A stretch of DNA of 64,000 bases from an uncultured Candidatus Saccharibacteria bacterium (GTDB lineage Bacteria > Patescibacteriota > Minisyncoccia > Phycocordibacterales > CSBR16-119), in the NCBI GenBank assembly GCA_964355515.1, contig CAYHDV010000003.1:7914-71913 (forward strand). Direction: 5' to 3'. Shown piece after piece: positions 17,687 through 26,929 of the stretch (positions within the stretch are counted from its first letter, which is position 1; every line of letters starts with the position of its first letter). The translations under genes and the position numbers were made by a program. Under the pieces are notes generated by a model. It did no database searches and was not told where the DNA came from. It was given only the letters and a program-made list of their open reading frames with translations.

Positions 17687-19402
17687 ATGAAGTACCTTGT
17701 AAACATAGTGCTAATACTTACTGTTTTGGTGGGTATTTCAGCATGTCAAACGACACCAAAGGATGACCTCCAGATAGTCAACGCTCTTGTAGATGAATCT
17801 CAAGATGCGATCCAAAATAAACTGGATGACAAGGAAAAAGAGGAAATCCTCGAAAAGCTGTATCCAATGCTTGACGCTATTGATTTTAAAATTGATTCAC
17901 TGGAAAGAGAAATTAAAAATCTTCCAACTGATCATCACAAAAGAAAATCAGGGAGTCAAGATTTAAAAACCCTTGAAGATCTTCGTGGGAAAGTGAATGG
18001 GCAAACCGGAGTCCTCCAATCTTCAATGACAGGACCAGTCCCTGAGAAATATTTGACTTGGGGATTAAGTGCTCATCAGAAAAGAGAGGACGTAATAAAA
18101 GAGAGGCAAGCTGAGATTCGGATTGAAATTAGGATTGACTCTCTTCAGGCGCTGCTTGAGGCGATGCCTGATACAGCTCTTACTCGATCTGCTTTCAGTG
18201 ACTCTCTTTTTGAGAGGGAAGCCTTTCTCCTTAATCAATTGGATAGCTTACAAGGTCTTATTGTGAAAGATTCTCAAGATTCAACCCAAACAATAGCTAT
18301 TATCGATGAAGCTCCTGACGACAAGCAATATCTTACACAATCAGAGGGCACTCAAGTGCCTTCTCCTAAAAAAGAGACCCAGGCTAGCATAAAGAAACAA
18401 GATACTGCTAGTGAAGATTTTTCTCTGAGTAAGATCATTCTCGTATATGGAGGAGTACTGCTTGGCTTTGTTTTTATTTTTCTTCTTTTAATAGAGAAGG
18501 TTCGTAGAGCAATGTGGAGGGGTTTAGTGAGGATTTTTGGAAGAAGACTCCTTGTTCTCGGAGCTTCTGTTACAGCTCTTTATCTCTCTGTAAAAGCAGC
18601 AGGGTTGTGGAATTGGATACTTTCATTGTTGGGAAAGATATTTCTTCTAAGATTTATCGATGGGATTACAACCAAGCTTTGGTTAAGGAGGACTCTAAAG
18701 ACGATTGTCGTTTTTGGTTTATTACTTTTCTTTCTATTTTGCACTGATTATGGAATTGGTGTAAAAAATTGGATCATAAAAAGTGTTTCTCAAATCTCAA
18801 TACCCAACTGGATGGGAGATCTATCATGGTGGAAAGTGGTTTTGGTTGGAGTAGGACTTCTGATTATCTTTCTTATCTACAGGTATTGGTCAGTGATACG
18901 ATTGATGATATCTGGAATTAGTGGAAGAGTTTGGTTTTGGTTAATTTTTCTAAGCCTTCTCTCCTTATTAGTTTTCCTAACTTGGTATCACTGGGATCCA
19001 ATAAAAGATTTCATATATGCCAAATTGAAGACTGAGGAAGTCATAGAAGAGTGGCCAAAAGAAGAAGATTCAAGTCCTGCAGAGGAAAAGAGGGAGCCTT
19101 CTCCAGGGGAGAAAGAGGAGGTGGTTGATCCTAATGAAATAGAAATCATCCCCCCTCCGAACCCTTTTCCGGAAGAGACTGAAGGTGATCAGAAAAAAGA
19201 ACTTTTGGAAAAAAGAAAAAAGAAAGACCAAAAGAAAAAACTTAAACCTGAAAACCAGAATCGGAAAAAGAAGTTTAAAAAGCCTTCACGAAAAAGAGGC
19301 GTAGGAAGAGACCTTGCCGCAAAAAAAGATCTGAAGCTCCTTCCTGGGTACGCACCTGGGACAAGCACAGAAAATTCAAAGCAGGTGAGACGTATTGATT
19401 GA
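17687..19402 (+). CDS. Hypothetical lipoprotein/membrane protein (571 aa) with coiled-coil, four or five TM helices and a K/E-rich tail
   Basis: Lipobox LVGISAC, followed by helical and TM segments and a lysine-rich C-terminus. Terminator at 19407-19436. Confidence 0.6.
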   Translation: MKYLVNIVLILTVLVGISACQTTPKDDLQIVNALVDESQDAIQNKLDDKEKEEILEKLYPMLDAIDFKIDSLEREIKNLPTDHHKRKSGSQDLKTLEDLRGKVNGQTGVLQSSMTGPVPEKYLTWGLSAHQKREDVIKERQAEIRIEIRIDSLQALLEAMPDTALTRSAFSDSLFEREAFLLNQLDSLQGLIVKDSQDSTQTIAIIDEAPDDKQYLTQSEGTQVPSPKKETQASIKKQDTASEDFSLSKIILVYGGVLLGFVFIFLLLIEKVRRAMWRGLVRIFGRRLLVLGASVTALYLSVKAAGLWNWILSLLGKIFLLRFIDGITTKLWLRRTLKTIVVFGLLLFFLFCTDYGIGVKNWIIKSVSQISIPNWMGDLSWWKVVLVGVGLLIIFLIYRYWSVIRLMISGISGRVWFWLIFLSLLSLLVFLTWYHWDPIKDFIYAKLKTEEVIEEWPKEEDSSPAEEKREPSPGEKEEVVDPNEIEIIPPPNPFPEETEGDQKKELLEKRKKKDQKKKLKPENQNRKKKFKKPSRKRGVGRDLAAKKDLKLLPGYAPGTSTENSKQVRRID

Positions 19403-19453
19403 TTGAAAAGCCCGACCAGTATGGTCGGGCTTTTTTGTTTATTTCTAAATATT

Positions 19454-20095
19454 TTATTTTTTCTTGAGCAAGGTGAAAAGGAGGGATGTGCCATCTTCTG
19501 CGAGGAATATATCTTCTTTTACCAATTCATATGTCGGACCAAATATTTCTCTTATTTCTCCTTGTTTGAAAAAATGATACTTCACACCGTATTTTTCATA
19601 ATCTTGTGTATCACTATTTTTTGGATGAAAATCTAGGTATCTCATTGTTTCTTTTGATAAAGAGATTGAGAGATAGAGACCATTTCTTTTGACCACTCTG
19701 TGGACTTCCTTTTTATACAAATCCCAATCTCCCTTATCTATATGGTGTAGCAATCCAGCATCAAGGACTATATCAATAGACTGATCTAGAAGTGGTATAT
19801 CGAAAACATCCCCTGATATAAATGCAAGTTTGCCAGCGAGACCCTTTGCTTTTACCTCTTGATTATTCACGCTTACAATCTTTTCTATATAATCCATACC
19901 AACAACCTTGTAGCCAATTTCAGCCAGAAGAAATGAGAGAATACCTCTACCACAACCAATATCTAGAATAGTTGCTTTCTCATTGAAATACGTAATGTAT
20001 TCCAGAAATTTTGTTTTGAACTTTATCTGCGTCCAGTTGTCTGTCCCAGTATTATACGCAGTTTGGAAATATTCTTTTTGAGAATTGTATTTCAT
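19454..20095 (-). CDS. Class I SAM-dependent methyltransferase
   Basis: Motif I ILDIGCGRGILSFLLAEIGYKVVGMD. Confidence 0.8.
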   Translation of the reverse strand: MKYNSQKEYFQTAYNTGTDNWTQIKFKTKFLEYITYFNEKATILDIGCGRGILSFLLAEIGYKVVGMDYIEKIVSVNNQEVKAKGLAGKLAFISGDVFDIPLLDQSIDIVLDAGLLHHIDKGDWDLYKKEVHRVVKRNGLYLSISLSKETMRYLDFHPKNSDTQDYEKYGVKYHFFKQGEIREIFGPTYELVKEDIFLAEDGTSLLFTLLKKK

Positions 20096-20150
20096 GTATA
20101 AATTATATCATTAAGTTATTTTTTTGAGCTAGAAAAATAACAAAATATTT

Positions 20151-21083
20151 TTATTTTTTATTTCCATGAAACTTTTTATGAATTTCTTTTAGGTGTTTGT
20201 TTGTAACGTGGGTATAGATTTGAGTGGTAGAAATATCTGCGTGTCCAAGCATAACCTGCACAGACCTAATATCAGCTCCATTTGAAAGCAAGTCAGTGGC
20301 GAAACAGTGTCGAATCACATGGGGGGTAACCTTCTTTGTGATGCCGGCGATGGTGGCGTACTTTCTCACAATCCTTCCAACAGATCTTCTATCTAAACCT
20401 TTTTCATCATCTACTTTGTTTTTGTTTTTTGAGACATTTACAAATAGTGCTTCCGAGAAGTCTTTTCGTTGTGTGAAATATTTTTTTAGGGAATCTTTGG
20501 CTTCTGCAGATAGAAATACTACTCGGAGTTTGCCACCCTTTCCTCTAATCGAAAATTCATCTCGAGAAAAATCAATGTCTCTAAAGAGGGAACAGAGCTC
20601 TGACACACGGAGGCCAGTAGAAAAAAGCATCTCTAGTATCGCCTTGTCTCTATATCTGATTTCTAAATTCTTTTCTTTTTCGGGAGCCTCTAGGAGCCTC
20701 TTTAGTTCCTGATCTGAAATAACATCAATTTGTCTTTGGGGGACTTTTCCTAGTTCAATCTGTTCTGAAGAAAGAGTTTTTTCTCCTCGTCTTGTCATGT
20801 ATTTCAAAAAAGACCGCAAGGCAATCAGGTGATAGTTCTGAGTACTCTTTGAGAGTGTTTCTCCTGTTCTTCTGTTGTGGCTGGCTCCGGCTGATTGTCT
20901 GTGAAGCCAAATCCGAAACTCTCTCACCATGTCATCTGTTATTTGCTGTGGCTTGGTGGCCCCTGTTTGTTTCAAGAAGACATTTAGATAGTGGTCGTAG
21001 TTTCTAATAGTATTCAAAGCTCGACCTTTTTCGATTTCTAGATACTCAAGAAACTGTCTTTTTAATTTTTCTAAATCATTCAT
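20151..21083 (-). CDS. Site-specific tyrosine recombinase, XerC/XerD family
   Basis: N-terminal SAM-like core-binding domain. Catalytic R..HxxR..Y region (LRVSEL, HVIRHCFATDLL, TQIYTHV). Confidence 0.85.
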   Translation of the reverse strand: MNDLEKLKRQFLEYLEIEKGRALNTIRNYDHYLNVFLKQTGATKPQQITDDMVREFRIWLHRQSAGASHNRRTGETLSKSTQNYHLIALRSFLKYMTRRGEKTLSSEQIELGKVPQRQIDVISDQELKRLLEAPEKEKNLEIRYRDKAILEMLFSTGLRVSELCSLFRDIDFSRDEFSIRGKGGKLRVVFLSAEAKDSLKKYFTQRKDFSEALFVNVSKNKNKVDDEKGLDRRSVGRIVRKYATIAGITKKVTPHVIRHCFATDLLSNGADIRSVQVMLGHADISTTQIYTHVTNKHLKEIHKKFHGNKK

Positions 21084-21180
21084 TTGTTTATTGTCTCACA
21101 ATATAAGAATAGTGGGGAGCTTGTATCTTGGGGAATAAAGAAGAGGTCTTAGTTTTTTATAAAATATATATCTTTCTTTT

Positions 21181-21608
21181 TTCTTGGTAAAATACCCATT
21201 ACTTTTTTATGAGAAAAAAGTAATCAAAAACTCAGACCTGATTCAAAAAGCCTAAAAAATACTCTTTCTCCCTACACTCAGCAGATCGCTGCGCTAATGC
21301 TTCGTGCTTAACGCTCGAAAGAATGTTTTTCTTAACGGCATTTTGAAAACGGTCGAAAGAGCCATTTAAAGAACATCTTCTCACTTTCCGACACTTGAGC
21401 TTTAACTTTAAAAATATTCACGGTTTTTTTGATTAGTGCGTAGCTTTAGCGATAGCGATCAGCGTAGCACCAAAAAAACCGTGAGTTATTTTTTAGGTAA
21501 AGTGAGGTGTCTAGATTTTTTGTTTCTTTTTTATCGATGAAAAAAGAAAGATAATCTTGTTGTGAAAAATGATGGATATTCTGGATCCCCGCCTGCGCGG
21601 GGAAGACA
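21181..21608. repeat. 428-bp direct repeat, copy A (upstream region of the Xer gene)
   Basis: More than 90% identical to 23326-23753. Contains the palindrome ttacttttttatgagaaaaaagtaa, a long hairpin cacggttttttt...aaaaaaaccgtg, and a terminal GC hairpin ggatccccgcctgcgcggggaagac. Confidence 0.85.
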
Positions 21609-21770
21609 AGAGTGTGTACTGAGAAAAAATGGTTTAGATCCTGAAACCCAACTCTACACAAGGCTACTTTGGATACGGTGAGCTCAGGATGACGAGATTG
21701 GGGTATTGGGATGACCCCACCCAAGGTGGACAGGATTCAGGATGATTTGTAGTGAGTACGGTAGACTTTT

Positions 21771-23252
21771 TTATTCCGAAACTTTATAAAAATATCCGTC
21801 ACGACTTCCAAAATAAATTCCACCATCCCAGATAGCGGGAGTAGATTCTATACATCCATCTCCAACTTTTTTCTGCCACAAAAATTCTGGAGAACTGGGG
21901 TCTGTTAGTGAATATGCTTCGATGCTTCCTGTTTCACAAGTGGCAAAAATAAGTGTGGCATCCACAATAGAGGGTGACGACCATTCGTGCATTCCTATGT
22001 CTTTTCTCCAAACAACCTTTCCATTGTTTTTGTCTACAACTAAAAACTCTCCCAAGTGAGTCGGTACATATATATAATCTTCGTAGATAGCTGGGGTTGC
22101 CCAAATGCCACTTTTTATTTTTTCAGAACCACTTGAGATAGACAGGCTCCAGACCACGGGATTTTTTTTCTTTGGATTCAGTTTTATTAATTGCCCTAAA
22201 TCTTTGCCCCTTTCATTGAATCTCTCTTCTTCCACTGCTACATATATTGCACCTGTCCCATCTGTTACCATGGTGGCATCGATATCATCTCCAACCCAAA
22301 AATCAAAAACCAGGGCCTCCTTTTTGTTTCTTATTTTCTTTATATCAAATCCCATGATCCTGCCACCGCTATTTGCAACATAGACAACGTCATCCACTAC
22401 GAGAGGTGAGTTCTCAATTGAGAGGTTTTGGTCTGTTAGAGAAACCAGCTCCTCATTGTAGCTAATATACTGATAAATAATTTCAGGATTTACCAAGGCC
22501 CTTCCTTCTTCATCATATGTGCGGTTGAGCTCTATTGCATAGAAAATTCCGTTTTCTCCTCCTTCATACATCACACCGTCGACTATTACAGGATTGCTAT
22601 CCCAGTCATTGTTCCAAATCCCATCAGGCAAATCTTCTGAATCAAGAGCCCAAATCTCTGTTGGTACATCTCTATCTAGAGCTATGATGCGAAGCTTGTT
22701 GTCTCGAGACCCACCATAAAGAAGAGGGAATCCATCTGTATCAAGAGTAAAAGATCCTTTGATGATATCTCCAGTCTGGAAATTTGGCCTTGTGTTTTTA
22801 CCTGTTTCACCATTCACAAAGTGTATAGCCCCATCGTACGCACCAAAAATAATTTCTGTGACACCATCCTCACGCTCCCAAACAACCGGCTGGCCTGTCC
22901 AACCAGAACCACACCAATAATTCGTAACTTCTAGTGAAGTTGAATAACGACACATTGGTTTTTCTGGGTATCTCCAAGAAATAGTTGGCTCGGTAGGAAT
23001 CAGACCTTTTCCATAAAAATTCCTCTCTTTGTTTCCCCGAAACATGGTGAGTCCTTTTATTTTTGGTTCGACATCTTTGACTTCTATAACAGAAAGTACT
23101 TGATCAGTGATATCTCCTATCGCCTCTTCTGCAAAAATTTCTTTGTTGTTTAAGTTGAGCGAATATTTCAAATTATATAGGCCTTCCAAAAAAAATAGGG
23201 AAGACCCTATTCCGATAATTAAAGAAACAATTATAGTTAGAAAATTACGCAT
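21771..23252 (-). CDS. PQQ-like beta-propeller repeat protein with N-terminal TM anchor
   Basis: 493 aa. Repeated G-x-hydrophobic-Y/F-A-hydrophobic-D/E/N beta-propeller blades (GAIHFVNGETG, GRIMGFD, GAIYVAV, GSIEAY, GYFYKV). Confidence 0.65.
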   Translation of the reverse strand: MRNFLTIIVSLIIGIGSSLFFLEGLYNLKYSLNLNNKEIFAEEAIGDITDQVLSVIEVKDVEPKIKGLTMFRGNKERNFYGKGLIPTEPTISWRYPEKPMCRYSTSLEVTNYWCGSGWTGQPVVWEREDGVTEIIFGAYDGAIHFVNGETGKNTRPNFQTGDIIKGSFTLDTDGFPLLYGGSRDNKLRIIALDRDVPTEIWALDSEDLPDGIWNNDWDSNPVIVDGVMYEGGENGIFYAIELNRTYDEEGRALVNPEIIYQYISYNEELVSLTDQNLSIENSPLVVDDVVYVANSGGRIMGFDIKKIRNKKEALVFDFWVGDDIDATMVTDGTGAIYVAVEEERFNERGKDLGQLIKLNPKKKNPVVWSLSISSGSEKIKSGIWATPAIYEDYIYVPTHLGEFLVVDKNNGKVVWRKDIGMHEWSSPSIVDATLIFATCETGSIEAYSLTDPSSPEFLWQKKVGDGCIESTPAIWDGGIYFGSRDGYFYKVSE

Positions 23253-23325
23253 GGTGGATATTAAGATGGGCTTAGTTTATCATAAAACTAGTTATGGGGA
23301 AGGATTTAGAAACCTTCTCTATTTC

Positions 23326-23753
23326 TTCTTGGCAAAATACCCATTACTTTTTTATGAGAAAAAAGTAACCAAAAACTCAGACCTGATTCAAAAAGCCTAA
23401 AAAATAATCTTTCTCACTACACTCAGCAGATCGCTGCGCTAATGCTTCGTGCTTAACGCTCGAAAGAATACTTTTCTTAACGGCATTTTGAAAACGGTCG
23501 TACGAGCCACCCAATTAAGAATTGCAATACATCCCGACACTTGAGCTTTAACTTTAAAAATATTCACGGTTTTTTTGATTAGTGCGTAGCTTTAGCGGTA
23601 GCGATCAGCGTAGCACCAAAAAAACCGTGAGTTATTTTTTAGGTAAAGTGAGGTGTCTTGGCTTTTTGTTCCTTTTTTGCCAAGAAAAAAGGAAGGTATT
23701 CTTGTTACGAAAAAGTGATTGATATCCTGGATCCCCGCCTGCGCGGGGAAGAC
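23326..23753. repeat. 428-bp direct repeat, copy B (upstream region of the beta-propeller gene)
   Basis: See copy A. Confidence 0.85.
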
Positions 23754-23941
23754 CCATCCGAGGTGGGCCGGTAGCAGAGATGTCTGAGATATAAGTCTTG
23801 TATTTTTGGAATAACTCATGAGGTAGGAGAGGGAGAAGGTGGAATATTGTTTGGGGGGTAAACGATTCCAAGGTATTGAACCATTACGAGTGCTTGACAA
23901 ATATCTTTTATTATGATAAATTAAAACAAAAATCGAGAAAA

Positions 23942-24289
23942 ATGGAGTTGAAAAAAATAAATAAACAAAATTCTTCATTGCTCAATTCTTCAATGTATTT
24001 GAATCGCATTGGATACCACCATAAGAAGCTATCCCACAGAGACATGCAAACCTTAATAAGTCTCGAACTTTCTAGGGCTACAGGGGGCTTACTTGCGGAG
24101 ATTGAAGTTGTTTCGCATAGATTGTGTAACGATAAACCTGTGAGTGAAGATGAAATTAATATCATCATATCTCGACTCAGAGATCTTCAAAAAGAATTTC
24201 AAAGCTCTGAAGAATTTGAAGCAAATAAAGAGAGTTTCTCTGTCATCGCAGATTCAATCACAGGGCTTATCAAAGCTTTGGAAGAATAA
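23942..24289 (+). CDS. Hypothetical small protein (about 115 aa)
   Basis: ORF with a TTGACA-type promoter upstream and a terminator at 24296-24324. The start was chosen at MELKK. Confidence 0.4.
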   Translation: MELKKINKQNSSLLNSSMYLNRIGYHHKKLSHRDMQTLISLELSRATGGLLAEIEVVSHRLCNDKPVSEDEINIIISRLRDLQKEFQSSEEFEANKESFSVIADSITGLIKALEE

Positions 24290-24328
24290 TCTGGAAAAGC
24301 CCCGCGAATTCGCGGGGCTTTTTATTGC

Positions 24329-24358
24329 TTGACAAATATGGCTAATTCTGATACTATA
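24329..24358 (+). promoter_or_regulatory. Sigma-70-like promoter for rpsO
   Basis: TTGACA, 17 nt, TACTAT. The 14-mer tgcttgacaaatat is also present at 23887. Confidence 0.4.
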
Positions 24359-24447
24359 TCGGCACCTTTTGGTTTATTATAAATATATACAAAATACGAA
24401 AGAAGGAGCTTGCAAAAAAGCCCTTTCTATAGTAGTATTGCTCTACA

Positions 24448-24714
24448 ATGTTAAAGACAGCTAAAAAACAAAAAGTTATAAAAAAGGCACAAATGAGTGA
24501 TGTAGACACAGGTTCTTCACCAGTTCAAATTGCTATTTTAACTGAGCGAATCAAGGAGCTTACAGGCCACCTGAAAAAGCACACTAAAGATCTTCACTCA
24601 CGAAGAGGTTTGATAAAAATGGTTGCCAACAGACGAAAACATCTTAAATATCTCGAGAAGAATGATTCAAAAGTTTATACAAAGATAGTTGCCGACCTTA
24701 AACTTAAATCTTAA
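24448..24714 (+). CDS. rpsO: 30S ribosomal protein S15
   Basis: 88 aa. LTERIKELTGHLKKHTKDLHSRRGLIKMV matches the S15 consensus. Confidence 0.9.
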   Translation: MLKTAKKQKVIKKAQMSDVDTGSSPVQIAILTERIKELTGHLKKHTKDLHSRRGLIKMVANRRKHLKYLEKNDSKVYTKIVADLKLKS

Positions 24715-24869
24715 ATCTTATTTTTTACATCAAAAGGCGCAACAGGGCGCTTTTTGATTTGGTATACTATAGATGCCTTTATTTTATAAAAAGTCTTAAG
24801 TCTATATGGCTAAGCAAAAACTAAAAGGATTTTAATAACAGAATAATGATCATTTGATCAAAATAATTT

Positions 24870-25400
24870 ATGATTACAAAACACAAAGAACAGCGAGTGG
24901 CTGTTTTTATAGATACACAAAATCTATACCACTCAGCGAAAGCGCTTTATAAGAAAAAAGTTAACTTTGGAAACATTGTTAAAGATGCGGTGGGAGACCG
25001 AAAACTTGTTCGAGCTCTCGCATATGTTATCGCCTCTGAAGCAGGGGACGAGGATTCGTTTTTTGAAGCACTTGGAAAGGTAGGAATCGAAACAAAAGTA
25101 AAAGACCTGCAAGTATTTTCAAGCGGAGCAAAGAAAGCTGACTGGGATGTGGGGCTTGCGGTGGACGCAATCACTATTGCTCCAAAAGTGGATGCAGTGA
25201 TAATTGTCTCTGGAGATGGGGACTATGTACCCCTGGTGCACTATCTACAAATACATTCTGGAATCCAGGTGGAAGTGGTATCCTTTGGGAAGTCCACGTC
25301 ATCTTGGCTACGAGAAGAAGTGGATGACTTCTTTGATCTATCTATAAATCCAAATCAATACTTGATAGGAAGTAGACGGCCGATGAAAAATAAAAAGTAA
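24870..25400 (+). CDS. NYN/LabA-like (PIN-fold) domain protein
   Basis: VAVFIDTQNLY...VSGDGDY pattern of the NYN/DUF88 family. Confidence 0.75.
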   Translation: MITKHKEQRVAVFIDTQNLYHSAKALYKKKVNFGNIVKDAVGDRKLVRALAYVIASEAGDEDSFFEALGKVGIETKVKDLQVFSSGAKKADWDVGLAVDAITIAPKVDAVIIVSGDGDYVPLVHYLQIHSGIQVEVVSFGKSTSSWLREEVDDFFDLSINPNQYLIGSRRPMKNKK

Positions 25401-25507
25401 ACAAGAGAAAATCCTCTCACTAAAATGTCCAGTACCCAGTACTGGATATTTTGCTAAAAACAACCTCCCATATAAACATTTTTTATTTCACGGTATAATA
25501 AATCTTA

Positions 25508-26494
25508 ATGGAAAATAATAACGAAAATGAAATAGCAGGAGGGGTGGAATTTCACAAAGAGGTTCCGATAAAAATATCAGGTGAAGAATCAGTATCAGCT
25601 GTTCCGACAGAGACAGTTGGTGGGGTGGAATTTAGAAAAGAGCAAGAATCTCTTTTGGAAAAAGAAAAGATGGCGGAAGATACAAGTGGACTGCATACCA
25701 TGGCAAGAGATATGGGTAAGCAAGCAGAACAAAAACAAGGATCAGCACTCCAAGCAATTCTAAAGCAAGAAAGAGAGCTGAAGGTTGAACAAAAAAGACA
25801 ACAAACAAACCTTATCTTTGGAATCGTGAGTGTGGTCATTTTTCTCACAGCTCTGGGTATATTCTTTTATGCTTCTCAAAAAGAAGAAGTGCTGCCTCCT
25901 ACTCAAACACAAGTGGTCCAAAAATCCATCATCTATGCAGAGAATCATGCTCGAATAGACACTACAGATATTCTACCTCTAACTCTAATCTCCAAGATAA
26001 GCCAAAAATTTTCTGAAATCAAAAATGCACCAGGGGAGGTAACTAATATTTATTTTATTAAATACCTACCCGCAGGAGACATGCAGACACTCAGCGCTAG
26101 AGCATTTCTCGGAGCAATCCAAAGTAGCACGCCGGGGATCCTACTCCCAGAGCTTGGAAAAGATTTTATGCTTGGGTCTTTTGGGGGAGAGGCCCAAACT
26201 CCTTTCCTAATACTCGAAGCCCCAATCCGAACTACCCAAACGATGCTTTCTAGTTGGGAGGTTACACTGCTTCAAGATATGAGTAAGCTCTTTTCTCTTC
26301 AAATAAATGACCCTGATTTATACAATAAGGCCTTTGAAGATATTCAAATAGAAAATAAGCATATCAGAGCGCTTTTGGATGAAGATGGATCTATCCTACT
26401 TTGTTATAGCTATATCAATGATGATCTGCTTGTTATAACAACTGATAGTCAAACATTCAAAGAGATCTTGCAGAGACTTGCAACCAATTTTTAA
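25508..26494 (+). CDS. Hypothetical membrane-anchored protein (328 aa)
   Basis: Single TM helix LIFGIVSVVIFLTALGIFFYA. No known domain. Confidence 0.5.
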   Translation: MENNNENEIAGGVEFHKEVPIKISGEESVSAVPTETVGGVEFRKEQESLLEKEKMAEDTSGLHTMARDMGKQAEQKQGSALQAILKQERELKVEQKRQQTNLIFGIVSVVIFLTALGIFFYASQKEEVLPPTQTQVVQKSIIYAENHARIDTTDILPLTLISKISQKFSEIKNAPGEVTNIYFIKYLPAGDMQTLSARAFLGAIQSSTPGILLPELGKDFMLGSFGGEAQTPFLILEAPIRTTQTMLSSWEVTLLQDMSKLFSLQINDPDLYNKAFEDIQIENKHIRALLDEDGSILLCYSYINDDLLVITTDSQTFKEILQRLATNF

Positions 26495-26512
26495 TCAACT
26501 ATACTTAAAACC

Positions 26513-26881
26513 ATGATGAATAACGAAAAACTACAATACTACAAAGAACTACTTTTAGCGGAAATGGAACAAATTAAAAGTGAGCTCTCACATCTTGGAA
26601 TCAAAAATCCAGAAGATGGAGACTGGGGAGCAGTTATGGGATCAACAAATGAAGGGGACAACGCTGATCCAAATCTTCAAGCGGATAGATCAGAAGATTT
26701 TATGGAGCGAGCAAATATCCTCGGTGAAATAGAAACAAGGTATCGAGAACTAGAACAAGCTTTGTATAAAATAAATCACACACCTGAAAAATATGGCATC
26801 TGTGAAATCTCAGGACAGCCAATAGAAGAAGACCGACTCACTGCAAATCCTTCAGCCAAAACTTGCAAAGCTCACATGTAA
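26513..26881 (+). CDS. DksA/TraR-family C4 zinc-finger protein
   Basis: Coiled-coil N-terminus. C-terminal CEISGQPIEEDRL...CKAH zinc-finger pattern. Terminator at 26887-26917. Confidence 0.7.
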   Translation: MMNNEKLQYYKELLLAEMEQIKSELSHLGIKNPEDGDWGAVMGSTNEGDNADPNLQADRSEDFMERANILGEIETRYRELEQALYKINHTPEKYGICEISGQPIEEDRLTANPSAKTCKAHM

Positions 26882-26929
26882 TCAACAAAAACCACTGTAT
26901 GTGGTTTTTGTTTTTGGTATAATTTTTAT

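Noticed and set aside
21584-23753. CRISPR array
   Set aside because: There is only one repeat-like hairpin per module, separated by 2.1 kb of gene sequence. No regular spacers and no cas genes.
21446-23978. ORFs 21446..21724 and 23592..23978 on the minus strand, sharing the C-terminus DTSLYLKNNSRFFWCYADRYR and the FPAQAGIQ peptide
   Set aside because: Both lie inside the 428-bp direct repeats. The shared peptides are translations of the repeated DNA, including the CRISPR-like hairpin, and are not independent genes.
23887-24338. Identical 14-mer tgcttgacaaatat at 23887 and 24325
   Set aside because: Most simply explained as two similar sigma-70 -35 regions (TTGACA) for adjacent plus-strand genes. 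Too short to call a repeat family.
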